Below, piece by piece: positions 17,053 to 24,614 of a stretch of DNA of 32,000 bases. Position 1 is the stretch's first letter; each line of letters opens with the position of its first letter. The DNA comes from Ignicoccus hospitalis KIN4/I (GTDB taxonomy: Archaea; Thermoproteota; Thermoprotei_A; Sulfolobales; Ignicoccaceae), in the NCBI RefSeq assembly GCF_000017945.1, contig NC_009776.1:240001-272000 (forward strand), written 5' to 3'. The position numbers and the translations under genes are program-made. Under the pieces are notes generated by a model that made no database searches, was not told the DNA's origin, and saw nothing but the letters and a program-made list of their open reading frames with translations.

Positions 17053-17633
17053 CCGGAGTCGAACAGGGACCTCTGCTTGTAGACCTCGTTAAAGGCCTTC
17101 TTTAAGTCGCTTACGAACTGCTCCTTGAGCTTCGGGTTCCGGAGGACGGCGGCGGGGTGGTAGGTGACCAAGACCTTCACCCGCGCCCCTCCCGCGGAGG
17201 CGACCAAGACCTTCCCCCTGACGCCCTTCAACGGGCCCTTGAGGCCCAGCAAGGCCTCGGCGGCTGTCCTCCCCAGCGCCACGACCAACTTAGGCCTTAT
17301 GCAGTTCAGCTCCTCAATTAAGTAGGGCTTACACGCCTCCACCTCCTCCTCAGTGGGGGTCCGGTTCCCGGGGGGCCTACACTTCACTACGTTCGTTATG
17401 TAGTATTTCTTAAACCCTATTTGAGATATCGTGGAGCGGAGGAGCCTCCCGGCCCTCCCTACGAAGGGGCGCCCCTCCTCGTCCTCCTCCTTTCCCGGGG
17501 CCTCCCCCACGAAGACTACCTCCGCCCCCTCGTCCCCCTCCCCCGGGACCGGGTTCTTCCTAACCTTACAGAGGTCGCACTTGCAACACCCCTTGACCTT
17601 CTCCGCCACCTCGCGCAAGCACACGGGGCGCAC
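17049..17633 (-). CDS. udg: uracil-DNA glycosylase, family 4 (Fe-S type)
   Basis: 194 aa. N-terminal Cys cluster CCKCDLC, motif A GEAPGKEEDEEGRPFVGRAG, motif B HPAAVLRNP. Confidence 0.85.
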   Translation of the reverse strand: MRPVCLREVAEKVKGCCKCDLCKVRKNPVPGEGDEGAEVVFVGEAPGKEEDEEGRPFVGRAGRLLRSTISQIGFKKYYITNVVKCRPPGNRTPTEEEVEACKPYLIEELNCIRPKLVVALGRTAAEALLGLKGPLKGVRGKVLVASAGGARVKVLVTYHPAAVLRNPKLKEQFVSDLKKAFNEVYKQRSLFDSG

Positions 17634-17684
17634 CGGAGCCCAGCGCTCTTCAGCAACTTTTGTGAGGGGCTCCCGGGAGGGCCC

Positions 17685-18764
17685 TTGAAGGAATTTTACG
17701 CCTTGTTGCTCGTAGCCTTCTTGGGCAACGCGGCCTCGAGGACCGCCAGGATGGGGAGCGCCTTCGCCACCTTGGAGGAGGGCTGGGGCTTCTTGGCGGC
17801 TTTGGCAGCGGCCTTCTCCTTGGGCCGCCTGGCCTCCTCGTTCTTAGGGGGAGAGCTGAGCAAGAAGTACGGATCCAAGGTGACCTCCTTAGGCTTGGCC
17901 TCCTTGGGCGCGACGGGCCTCGGGTACGCGCTCTTGCCGCCCAGCTACTACCCCTTGCTCCGGGCCTTCCACGGCTTCAGCGCGGGCTTCACTTGGCCTT
18001 CCTTGCAAGCGATCACCATGAGCAAGGTCCCCCGGGAGTACAGGGGGAGGGCTTCTTCCCTCTACTTCGTCTCCGGCAACCTCGCTTGGTTCTTCGCCTT
18101 CGCGTTGGGAGGGCTCTTGGCCGAAAGTGCCTTGGTCCCGAGCGCGTTGGCGCTCTTCGCCCTCTCCCTAGCGGTCCTCGCCTTCAAAGGGAAGGCGGTG
18201 GAGGAGAGGCGCAAGGGCAAGGGGAAGGCCTTCGTTCCCCCGCTCTCGGCGCTGGTGATGACGTCTATAGCGCTGGGCATTATGACTGTGTTAGTGAACA
18301 CGGAGGTCGCGGTGGCGGTGTTTGGGAGGGAGTTCGGGAAGGCCTTCGGAGGGCTCCTGCTGGCCGCGGCAGCCCTCGTGGGATCGATAATAAGTTACTT
18401 CCTCAACAAAAAGTTAATTGACATCTCCGAGAGTCACTTGTCTATGCTGCTCCCCGCCGTCGGGGCCTCCTTGTCGGGCTTCTTGATCTCCGCCCCTCCC
18501 CCGCTGTCGGCCCTCGGCCTCTTCTCGACCAAGGCCTTAACCATGTGGTGGAGGAGCTCCGCCTTGGGGCTCGCCCGGGCGGGCGACGTGGGGAGGAGGG
18601 TCGGCGCCTTCAACGCTGCTGGAGACTTCGGGAGGCTCTTAGGCTCCCTCGCGAGCTCCCTCGGCCCTTGGACGGTCGCGCTCTTGCCGGCCCTCTCGCT
18701 GGCCTTAGGTACGCTCGCTTGGGCTCACAGCCGTTCAACGCTCTCCACGAGCTCGGCCGAGTGA
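17685..18764 (+). CDS. MFS-type transporter
   Basis: The in-frame TTG at 17685 just clears the divergent UDG gene and gives 359 aa. GGELSKKYGSK (MFS loop 2-3 motif-like), RAFHGFSAGFTWPS, and about 10-12 helices. The 5' part of the 447-aa track ORF is antisense to udg. Confidence 0.65.
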   Translation: MKEFYALLLVAFLGNAASRTARMGSAFATLEEGWGFLAALAAAFSLGRLASSFLGGELSKKYGSKVTSLGLASLGATGLGYALLPPSYYPLLRAFHGFSAGFTWPSLQAITMSKVPREYRGRASSLYFVSGNLAWFFAFALGGLLAESALVPSALALFALSLAVLAFKGKAVEERRKGKGKAFVPPLSALVMTSIALGIMTVLVNTEVAVAVFGREFGKAFGGLLLAAAALVGSIISYFLNKKLIDISESHLSMLLPAVGASLSGFLISAPPPLSALGLFSTKALTMWWRSSALGLARAGDVGRRVGAFNAAGDFGRLLGSLASSLGPWTVALLPALSLALGTLAWAHSRSTLSTSSAE

Positions 18765-19000
18765 AGGGCCACGTCTACCCCCAACTCCTTCCCTTTCTTC
18801 TTTAGGAGCTCCCTGAGCTCTCCCACGCTCACCTTGGCCCCGGCCAAGTCGACGACCATTATCATCGCGAACATCCCGCGGAGGACCGTTTGGGATATGT
18901 CAACTATGTTGACCCCTTGTTCGGCCAGCACGGAGGAGATCCCGGCTACTATGCCTACCCGGTCCTTCCCGACTACGGTTATTACCGCGTACTGGGGCAA
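18725..19000 (-). CDS. ACT-domain protein (UPF0237-like)
   Basis: 91 aa with a TTG start. AVITVVGKDRVGIVAGISSVLAEQGVNIVDISQTVL is a typical ACT fold signature. Confidence 0.8.
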   Translation of the reverse strand: MPQYAVITVVGKDRVGIVAGISSVLAEQGVNIVDISQTVLRGMFAMIMVVDLAGAKVSVGELRELLKKKGKELGVDVALHSAELVESVERL

Positions 19001-19041
19001 CCGCTTCCCCGGGGGCCCTCAAAAAGGAGGGTTTTCACGGT

Positions 19042-19548
19042 TCACTCCCACGGGAACTTCCCGTGCTTCTTGAAGTACTCGTATATCCCCCCTTCCTTCA
19101 TTACCTCCATTATCATAGGGGGGTAGGGTTTGAACGAGTACTCCTTCCCCTTGGTGAGGTTCCGTATTACGCCCTTCTCCAAGTCCACCTCGAGCTCGTC
19201 GCCCTCCTCTGTCTCATCCACTACCTCCGGGGCCTCTATGACCGGGAGGCCTATGTTTATTGCGTTCCTAAAGAATATCCTGGCGAAGCTCTTAGCTATT
19301 ACTGCGCTCACCCCGGAGTACTTGATCGCTATTGGCGCTTGCTCCCTGGAGCTCCCCATCCCGAAGTTCTTGCCCGCCACCACCACGTCCCCGGGCTTGA
19401 TCCTCTTCGCCAGCTCGGGGTCCAAGTCCTCGAACACGTGCTTCGCCAGCTCGTAGTAGTCTGTGGTCTTCGCCTTGTACCTGAAGGGTATTATCATGTC
19501 CGTGTCTATGTTGTCGCCGAGCTTAGCGACCACTCTACCCTTGATCAT
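19042..19548 (-). CDS. leuD: 3-isopropylmalate/homoaconitate dehydratase small subunit
   Basis: From the internal ATG (MIKGRVVAKLGDNIDTDMIIP). GKNFGMGSSREQAP is the LeuD/HacB signature. The longer 186-aa track version would overlap the upstream gene. Confidence 0.8.
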   Translation of the reverse strand: MIKGRVVAKLGDNIDTDMIIPFRYKAKTTDYYELAKHVFEDLDPELAKRIKPGDVVVAGKNFGMGSSREQAPIAIKYSGVSAVIAKSFARIFFRNAINIGLPVIEAPEVVDETEEGDELEVDLEKGVIRNLTKGKEYSFKPYPPMIMEVMKEGGIYEYFKKHGKFPWE

Positions 19549-19583
19549 GTCGCTGCCCTCGCGTCCTTGCGTCGGAGGGCTTT

Positions 19584-20075
19584 TCAGCCTTTGACTAGCC
19601 ACTCCAGCGCCTCCCCGGGGTCCTCGAAGGCCTTGACCTCAGCTAGCTCCCTCGAATCTACTCCACCTTCCATCAGTTCGAAGTACTTGTCGGTGTCCAT
19701 ACCATGGCCCTTGACTAAGGCTACCCTCTTCCTCTCCCGGTAGGCCATCAAGACCTCCATGAGCGTTCCCGCCCCTCCGCCCAAGGCGAGCAGCGCCTCC
19801 GCCGCGCTCACCAGCAGTGCGCTCCTGAAGTTCTCCGCCATGTTGGTCCTTATTACGACGACGTTCTCCCTCTCCTCCGCCGGGCACTGGTAGCCTATGG
19901 GCAAGAAGATGTAAACCTTAACTCCCCTCTTAGCGGCCTCGTCCACCACCTTGCCCATGAGTCCCCAACAACCGCCCAACATGAGCTCCGCGCCGAGCTC
20001 GGCCGCCTTGGAGGCTAGGGACTCAGCGAGGCTCCCCGGTCCCTCGCAACCACAAGCGGCGACCGCGACCTTCAC
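19584..20075 (-). CDS. TIGR00725/LOG-family (lysine-decarboxylase-like) Rossmann protein
   Basis: 163 aa with a GTG start. LGGGAGTLMEV matches the PGGxGTxxE family motif, and the N-terminal KVAVAACG..GG..GLMG pattern also fits. Confidence 0.7.
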   Translation of the reverse strand: MKVAVAACGCEGPGSLAESLASKAAELGAELMLGGCWGLMGKVVDEAAKRGVKVYIFLPIGYQCPAEERENVVVIRTNMAENFRSALLVSAAEALLALGGGAGTLMEVLMAYRERKRVALVKGHGMDTDKYFELMEGGVDSRELAEVKAFEDPGEALEWLVKG

Positions 20076-20374
20076 GCTCCCCTACCGTAAGGTTCAGAAG
20101 GCCTCGAGCGTGATAAGCTCCTTAGCGCGGAGCCCTTCGCCGCTCGAACCCCTAATCCGTGGGCGCTTGGGTTTTGGGAGCGCAATTGGGGCTGTAGGGG
20201 TTATACAACAGAACTCGAGGTCGCTTCCCCATGAAGAATTTTGTGTCGATCATCACAATGTTGGAGGAGTATAAGCTCTTCGCTCTTGTATTTCGTTTTG
20301 GAGCATTATCTTTGTTCTTCGCGCCTCAATGAATTCTATATGAGGAAGTTCACCGGATGGAAATGGAACGTGGT

Positions 20375-21007
20375 CTTTCTTTCCATCCTCTCTTGAGACT
20401 CTACTGTACTACCAGTTCGATCCCAAGAGATTGGAAATAAAGACGTCTTTCTATCCTCTTTTGAGACTCTACCAATATCTCCTGCATAATTGTGCCACCG
20501 CTTAGTCACCTTTCTATCCTCTCTTGAGACTCCACGGCCTGGGATCTATTCAGGGCCCTGAAAGAGGGAAGGCCGATCTTTCTATCCTCTCTTGAGACTC
20601 CACAGAGGCAAGAAGTACGCGGAGCTAGGGGCGCTGGCGGGCGTCTTTCTATCCTCTCTTGAGACTCCGCCCCACCCCTCGCCAAGAGGAACTGCTCAGG
20701 AAGTGGTTGGGCTTTCTATCCTCTCTTGAGACTCCGCGGCAGCCGACGATAACCCCGGAGAGGTCGCCCCGATGATCCTTTCTATCCTCTTTTGAGACTC
20801 CACTGCCTGGAGAGCTTGGCAAGGGGAGTGCCGTGCTTGGCAGGCTTTCTATCCTCTTTTGAGACTCCACGAACGATAGGAAAGTGATTTATGTTTCGAC
20901 TGAGCAAACAATCTTTCTATCCTCTTTTGAGACTCCACATGAATATATAGTAAAGCTCGCGAGGCTACTCGACTACCTCGTCTTTCTATCCTCTTTTGAG
21001 ACTCCAC
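20375..21007 (-). CRISPR. CRISPR array, 10 repeats / 9 spacers, no adjacent cas genes
   Basis: The repeat ctttctatcctct[c/t]ttgagactc[c/t][a/g]c (26 nt) starts at 20375 (decayed, 4-nt insertion), 20447, 20510, 20578, 20645, 20712, 20778, 20845, 20913 and 20982. The spacers are unique and 37-43 nt long. The strand call rests on three observations: the reverse complement ends ...GGATAGAAAG, the decayed repeat is at the left end, and the AT-rich leader is at the right end. Confidence 0.95.
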
Positions 21008-21314
21008 CGAAGCCTTCCATATAAAGCTCCAAGGTCTTTCCCTTAAAAGAATTGCGTTCTACTGCGAGTTTACAATTCTCCACGTTTTTCCCTTTATTCG
21101 AGAAATTTTTCCTCTGCCCTTCCCTCCACGATCTTCAGCGTTCCCATGAAAAGATATAAGGGGGTTTGAGAGAGTGAATAGTAATGGTGCGCTTTCGAAT
21201 ATAGGATGTTCCCATGTGGGCAAATATGAAAAAGGAAATTAACAAATATAAAAGTTTGGTAATGAGTTATGCGGGCTCGCTTACGGAATTCGTCGTCACC
21301 GCTCCGGCCGGGGA
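21008..21314 (-). promoter_or_regulatory. AT-rich CRISPR leader, also the upstream region of the KaiC-like gene at 21315
   Basis: About 300 nt of non-coding AT-rich DNA abuts the best-conserved repeats. Minus-strand TATA-like elements are tttatat (21025-21019) and ttttaag (about 21048-21042). A plus-strand atataaaa at 21246-21253 could serve the KaiC-like gene. Confidence 0.5.
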
Positions 21315-22178
21315 GTGGCGCTCATCGCCCTGAACTTAAAACGGGGGTCAAGCTATGTAGCTGAAGCGGTGACGAAAGTGAGGCTCAGAACCGGCGTGGA
21401 GGGCTTCGACGACCTGATAGCCGGCGGGATACCCAAGGGCTTCTTGGTGGCGGTCGTCGGGGAGCCCGGCACGGGGAAGACGGTCTTCAGCATCCACTTC
21501 GCGTGGAAGGGGGTGTTAGACGGCCAGAAGGTGATATACGTAACCACCGAGGAGAGCAGGGAAAGCATAATTTCCCAAGCAGCTCAATTCGGGATGAACT
21601 TCAACAAGGCCATAGAAGAAAAGAAGATGGTCATCATAGACGCGTTGCTCAGGGACAAGGCCGACCAGTGGAACATGGTAGAGCTGACCGTCGAAGAGCT
21701 CCTAAACAAGATAATTGAAGCTAAGAAGTACTTGGGATACGGCGACGCGAGGGTAGTGATAGACTCCATGAGCGCCTTCTGGCTCGACAAGCCAGCGATG
21801 GCCAGGAAGTACAGTTACTTGGTGAAGAGAGTATTAAACAAGTGGAACATGACAATAGTGGCCACCAGCCAATACGCGATTACCACCTCCTTCGGCTTCG
21901 GTTTCGGCATAGAGCACGTGGCGGACGGAATAATAAGGTTCAAGAAGATGATAAAGGGATGGGAGCTCAAGAGGTACGTTATAGTGGAGAAGATGAGACA
22001 GACTCCCCACTCCTTGAGGGTCCACGAGATAGAGATAGTGGACGGAAAGGGGATGAGGGTCAAGGGGCCGGTGGAGTACACGAGGGACGAGGTGACCCTC
22101 CCCTCCAAGGTGGTCGAAGGGGTGAAGAGGGGGTTGGCCCGGAAGGCCTTGGAGGAGCGCTTGATGGAGCTGGACTAG
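21315..22178 (+). CDS. single-domain KaiC-like / RadA-paralogue ATPase (second copy)
   Basis: 287 aa. LRTGVEGFDDLIAGGIP, Walker A GEPGTGKT, Walker B-like VVIDSMS, and MRQTPHSLRVHEIEIVDGKGMRV. It is a paralogue of 9501..10328. The true start may be the GTG at 21369 or 21378. Confidence 0.85.
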   Translation: MALIALNLKRGSSYVAEAVTKVRLRTGVEGFDDLIAGGIPKGFLVAVVGEPGTGKTVFSIHFAWKGVLDGQKVIYVTTEESRESIISQAAQFGMNFNKAIEEKKMVIIDALLRDKADQWNMVELTVEELLNKIIEAKKYLGYGDARVVIDSMSAFWLDKPAMARKYSYLVKRVLNKWNMTIVATSQYAITTSFGFGFGIEHVADGIIRFKKMIKGWELKRYVIVEKMRQTPHSLRVHEIEIVDGKGMRVKGPVEYTRDEVTLPSKVVEGVKRGLARKALEERLMELD

Positions 22179-23110
22179 CCAGTTAGGTCCAGCTTGGTGT
22201 AGCTTCCCAAGATCTTCAAGAACGAGGATATCTTGGATGCCTCCTCCAACACCTCCTTGAGGGCCTCCCGGGAGCCCTCCGTTTCGATGTAAAACACGTA
22301 CCTCCACGGGTGGTCCTTGAGGGGCCTTGAGTATATCATGGTTAGGTTGATCCCCCTCTCCGCGAATGGCTTTAGGAACTCGAACAGTCCCCCGGGCCTG
22401 TGGGGGACGGAGGCGAGCAAGGCCGTCTTGTCGCCCTCCGGGTTGTCCCTCTTGTGTATCACGAAGAACCTAGTGGCGTTGTGAGGCTTGTCCTCCACGT
22501 TCGCCCTCAATACTTTCAGCTTGTACATCTCCACCGCCTTGGGAGAACAAAGCGCCGCCGCCCCGGGCTCTTGGGCCGCTATCCTAGCGGCTTCCGACGT
22601 GCTGCTGGTAGGTACTTGCTCTACCCCCAACTCCTTCAAAAGTTTGGTAGCTTGCTTAAATATCATAGGGTGTCCATAGACCCTTTTAATTTCCTTTACG
22701 TCCTTCACAGTCCCCGAGGCCAACATTATCCTTATCGGTATCTCCACGTCGTAGTAAACCTTTACGTGGGACTGCAAGAACGCGTCTATGGTCTCGTTGA
22801 CGGGCCCCTCCAGCCTGTTCGCTATTGGTACTACCCCGAAGTCCGCCTCCCCCTTCTCCACTGACTCGAACACCTCCGGTATGCTGCCCTTCGACACGAG
22901 CTCCTCCTTGGGGAAGACTAAGGACGCCGCCTCGTGGGTGTAGCTCCCCGGGGGCCCCAAGTAGGCCACCTTGACCTTCATTGGGCTGAGCGAGCGGAGC
23001 CACTCTATTACCGGCTTCAGCTCCTCCGGCCACGTGCCGGAGGGCAGCCTCGTAGGCCTCTCCCTCGCGGCCCTCTCCGCTAACTTCAAGAGCTCTTCCA
23101 CTACGTCCAA
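22175..23110 (-). CDS. pheA: prephenate dehydratase with C-terminal ACT domain
   Basis: 311 aa. VAYLGPPGSYTHEAA, NATRFFVI and IYSRPLK (ESRP-like) match the family. The 43-codon N-terminal extension from TTG 23110 is uncertain; an alternative ATG lies at 22981. Confidence 0.85.
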   Translation of the reverse strand: MDVVEELLKLAERAARERPTRLPSGTWPEELKPVIEWLRSLSPMKVKVAYLGPPGSYTHEAASLVFPKEELVSKGSIPEVFESVEKGEADFGVVPIANRLEGPVNETIDAFLQSHVKVYYDVEIPIRIMLASGTVKDVKEIKRVYGHPMIFKQATKLLKELGVEQVPTSSTSEAARIAAQEPGAAALCSPKAVEMYKLKVLRANVEDKPHNATRFFVIHKRDNPEGDKTALLASVPHRPGGLFEFLKPFAERGINLTMIYSRPLKDHPWRYVFYIETEGSREALKEVLEEASKISSFLKILGSYTKLDLTG

Positions 23111-23163
23111 GGATTCACCGCGAGGCCCTTGGAGGAACGCTAATAAGATGGACGCGCGCCCCG

Positions 23164-23424
23164 ATGTGGGTAGCGAGGGTGGCGTTAGCGATAGTCCTCA
23201 TAAACACTGAAATAGGCGGCGAGCTGGACGTGTTCGAGAAGCTCAAGTCTATAAAGGCAGTGAGGGAGGCTTACATAACCTACGGGACCTTCGACATAGT
23301 GGCCAAGATAGAGTCGCCCACCTTGAGCGAGATACAGAAGGTGGTCAACGAAATAAGGAACTTGAAGGGAGTTAGGTCCACCCTGACGCTTATAGCCGTA
23401 GAGGGCAAGCACTTCCAGAGATGA
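23164..23424 (+). CDS. stand-alone RAM (Lrp/AsnC ligand-binding) domain protein
   Basis: 86 aa with no HTH. AIVLINTE..VFEKLKSIKAVREAYITYGTFDIVAKIE..L..V.NEIRNLKGVRSTLTLIA is the AsnC C-terminal domain pattern. Confidence 0.7.
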   Translation: MWVARVALAIVLINTEIGGELDVFEKLKSIKAVREAYITYGTFDIVAKIESPTLSEIQKVVNEIRNLKGVRSTLTLIAVEGKHFQR

Positions 23425-24614
23425 TAGTGGCTCTGGACAGCTTCGACGAGCCCCGCTCCGGGTGCACGACCCTCACCGCCAGCTTACTAGCCCTCCACTT
23501 GGCCTCCAAGGGCTTCCGGATGCTGGACTACCCCCGCTTGGTCCGCTTGAACCCTGCGGTCCCTTGGAAGACCCGGGGGAACGCGGCGGTAGCCCTCGAG
23601 TTCGAGGGGAGCGCAGAGGAGCTCTTCGAGGAGGCGAAGGCCTTCTTGGAGCGCGCCCCGGGGAGGGGGGCCCTCGCGGTGGGGGAGGAGTTCCCCGAGG
23701 TCTACCCCGACGCGGTGGAGAAGGTCTTGGACCCTGACGAGGTGGCCAAGAAGTTCGAGGGCTTGTGGTGGGGGAGGAAGGAGGCCTTGGTTGGCGCGCT
23801 GGCGGCGGGGGCGGCTGAGGGGCTGAACAACTTCGAGCTGCTGGCGTACAGGCTCCCCCAGAACTTGGGGAGGCCTAGGAGGTGCTCCTTCCACCCGGCC
23901 TACGAGGCCCTCCTGGAGCTGGCCTACCCCTCGATCCACGAGAGCTCGCCGGAGGTGGTATGCCCCAAGGGCCCGGACCCGGTGCTCTTGGGCATAAGGG
24001 GCTCCCACCCTCCCTTGATGTGGGCCGCCCTCCAGCTCTTCGACGGGGAGCCCTTCTGGCTCGCGACCATGTTTAGGACGAACCAACACTCCTACGAGCC
24101 CTCCCGGAGGGCCGAGGAGTACCCCTACGAGTTCGTGCAGAAGGAGTTCGAAGGGAGTTACGAGGTGAGGGGGGAGGACGTACTCTTCGGCGATTACGTT
24201 TTGTTCAACGAAACTGGAATAACCAAGATATTTAAAGAGATGATTGGGTATGAGAACAAGGTTTCCGTCAAGCTCGACGTGGTGGTCAAGCCTGGCTCTA
24301 AGGGGGTGGCGGCGCTGAGGGACTTGAGGGCGCTCTTCTGGAAAAGGAAAGCGCCCAAGTGTCCCAAGTGCGGGGGGCCGATGGTCAGTATGGGCAAGAA
24401 GACCTTAATGAGGAAGTGCAAGAAGTGCGGCTACAAAGCTGAGGTCCTCCCGAAGCTCGAAATAAAGGTCTTCGAGGGCACAGTCTTCCCCGTTCAAGGG
24501 AGGAAGCTGCACTTGGAGGGGGACTACCGCTCCCCTCCGTGGCCCCCCGAGGGGAGGATATGCGAGAAACCGGGGTGTGCGATCTGGGTCGCACACGGGT
24601 TCGATCATCACTAA
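23421..24614 (+). CDS. tiaS: tRNA(Ile2) 2-agmatinylcytidine synthetase TiaS
   Basis: 397 aa with an ATGA overlap with the RAM gene. SGCTTLTAS..YPRLVRLNPAVPWKTRGNAAVALEF (DUF1743/TiaS N-domain) and a C-terminal zinc ribbon CPKCGGPM..CKKCGYK. Confidence 0.8.
   Translation: MIVALDSFDEPRSGCTTLTASLLALHLASKGFRMLDYPRLVRLNPAVPWKTRGNAAVALEFEGSAEELFEEAKAFLERAPGRGALAVGEEFPEVYPDAVEKVLDPDEVAKKFEGLWWGRKEALVGALAAGAAEGLNNFELLAYRLPQNLGRPRRCSFHPAYEALLELAYPSIHESSPEVVCPKGPDPVLLGIRGSHPPLMWAALQLFDGEPFWLATMFRTNQHSYEPSRRAEEYPYEFVQKEFEGSYEVRGEDVLFGDYVLFNETGITKIFKEMIGYENKVSVKLDVVVKPGSKGVAALRDLRALFWKRKAPKCPKCGGPMVSMGKKTLMRKCKKCGYKAEVLPKLEIKVFEGTVFPVQGRKLHLEGDYRSPPWPPEGRICEKPGCAIWVAHGFDHH

Noticed and set aside
19063-19743. 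226-aa plus-strand ORF
   Set aside because: It is antisense to leuD and the LOG-like gene, both of which carry family signatures.
20113-20132. D-arm-like hairpin agctc-cttagcgcg-gagc(t), considered as a possible tRNA or C/D sRNA
   Set aside because: No anticodon or T arms and no C/D boxes (RUGAUGA/CUGA) occur at suitable spacing.
19951-20274. 107-aa plus-strand ORF running from the LOG-like gene into the intergenic region
   Set aside because: Its first third is antisense to the LOG-like N-terminus. The rest has no coding-like features.
20649-20870. 73-aa minus-strand ORF
   Set aside because: It lies entirely within the CRISPR array. The periodic ESQKRIES/KEDRK peptides are translated repeats.
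21214-21333. 39-codon ORF (MWANMKKEINKYKSLV...) in the CRISPR leader
   Set aside because: It is short, has no recognisable family and overlaps the KaiC-like start region. I cannot support it from sequence alone.
23487-24089. 200-aa minus-strand ORF
   Set aside because: It is antisense to tiaS. The same reasoning applies to 25020..25769, which is antisense to purM.
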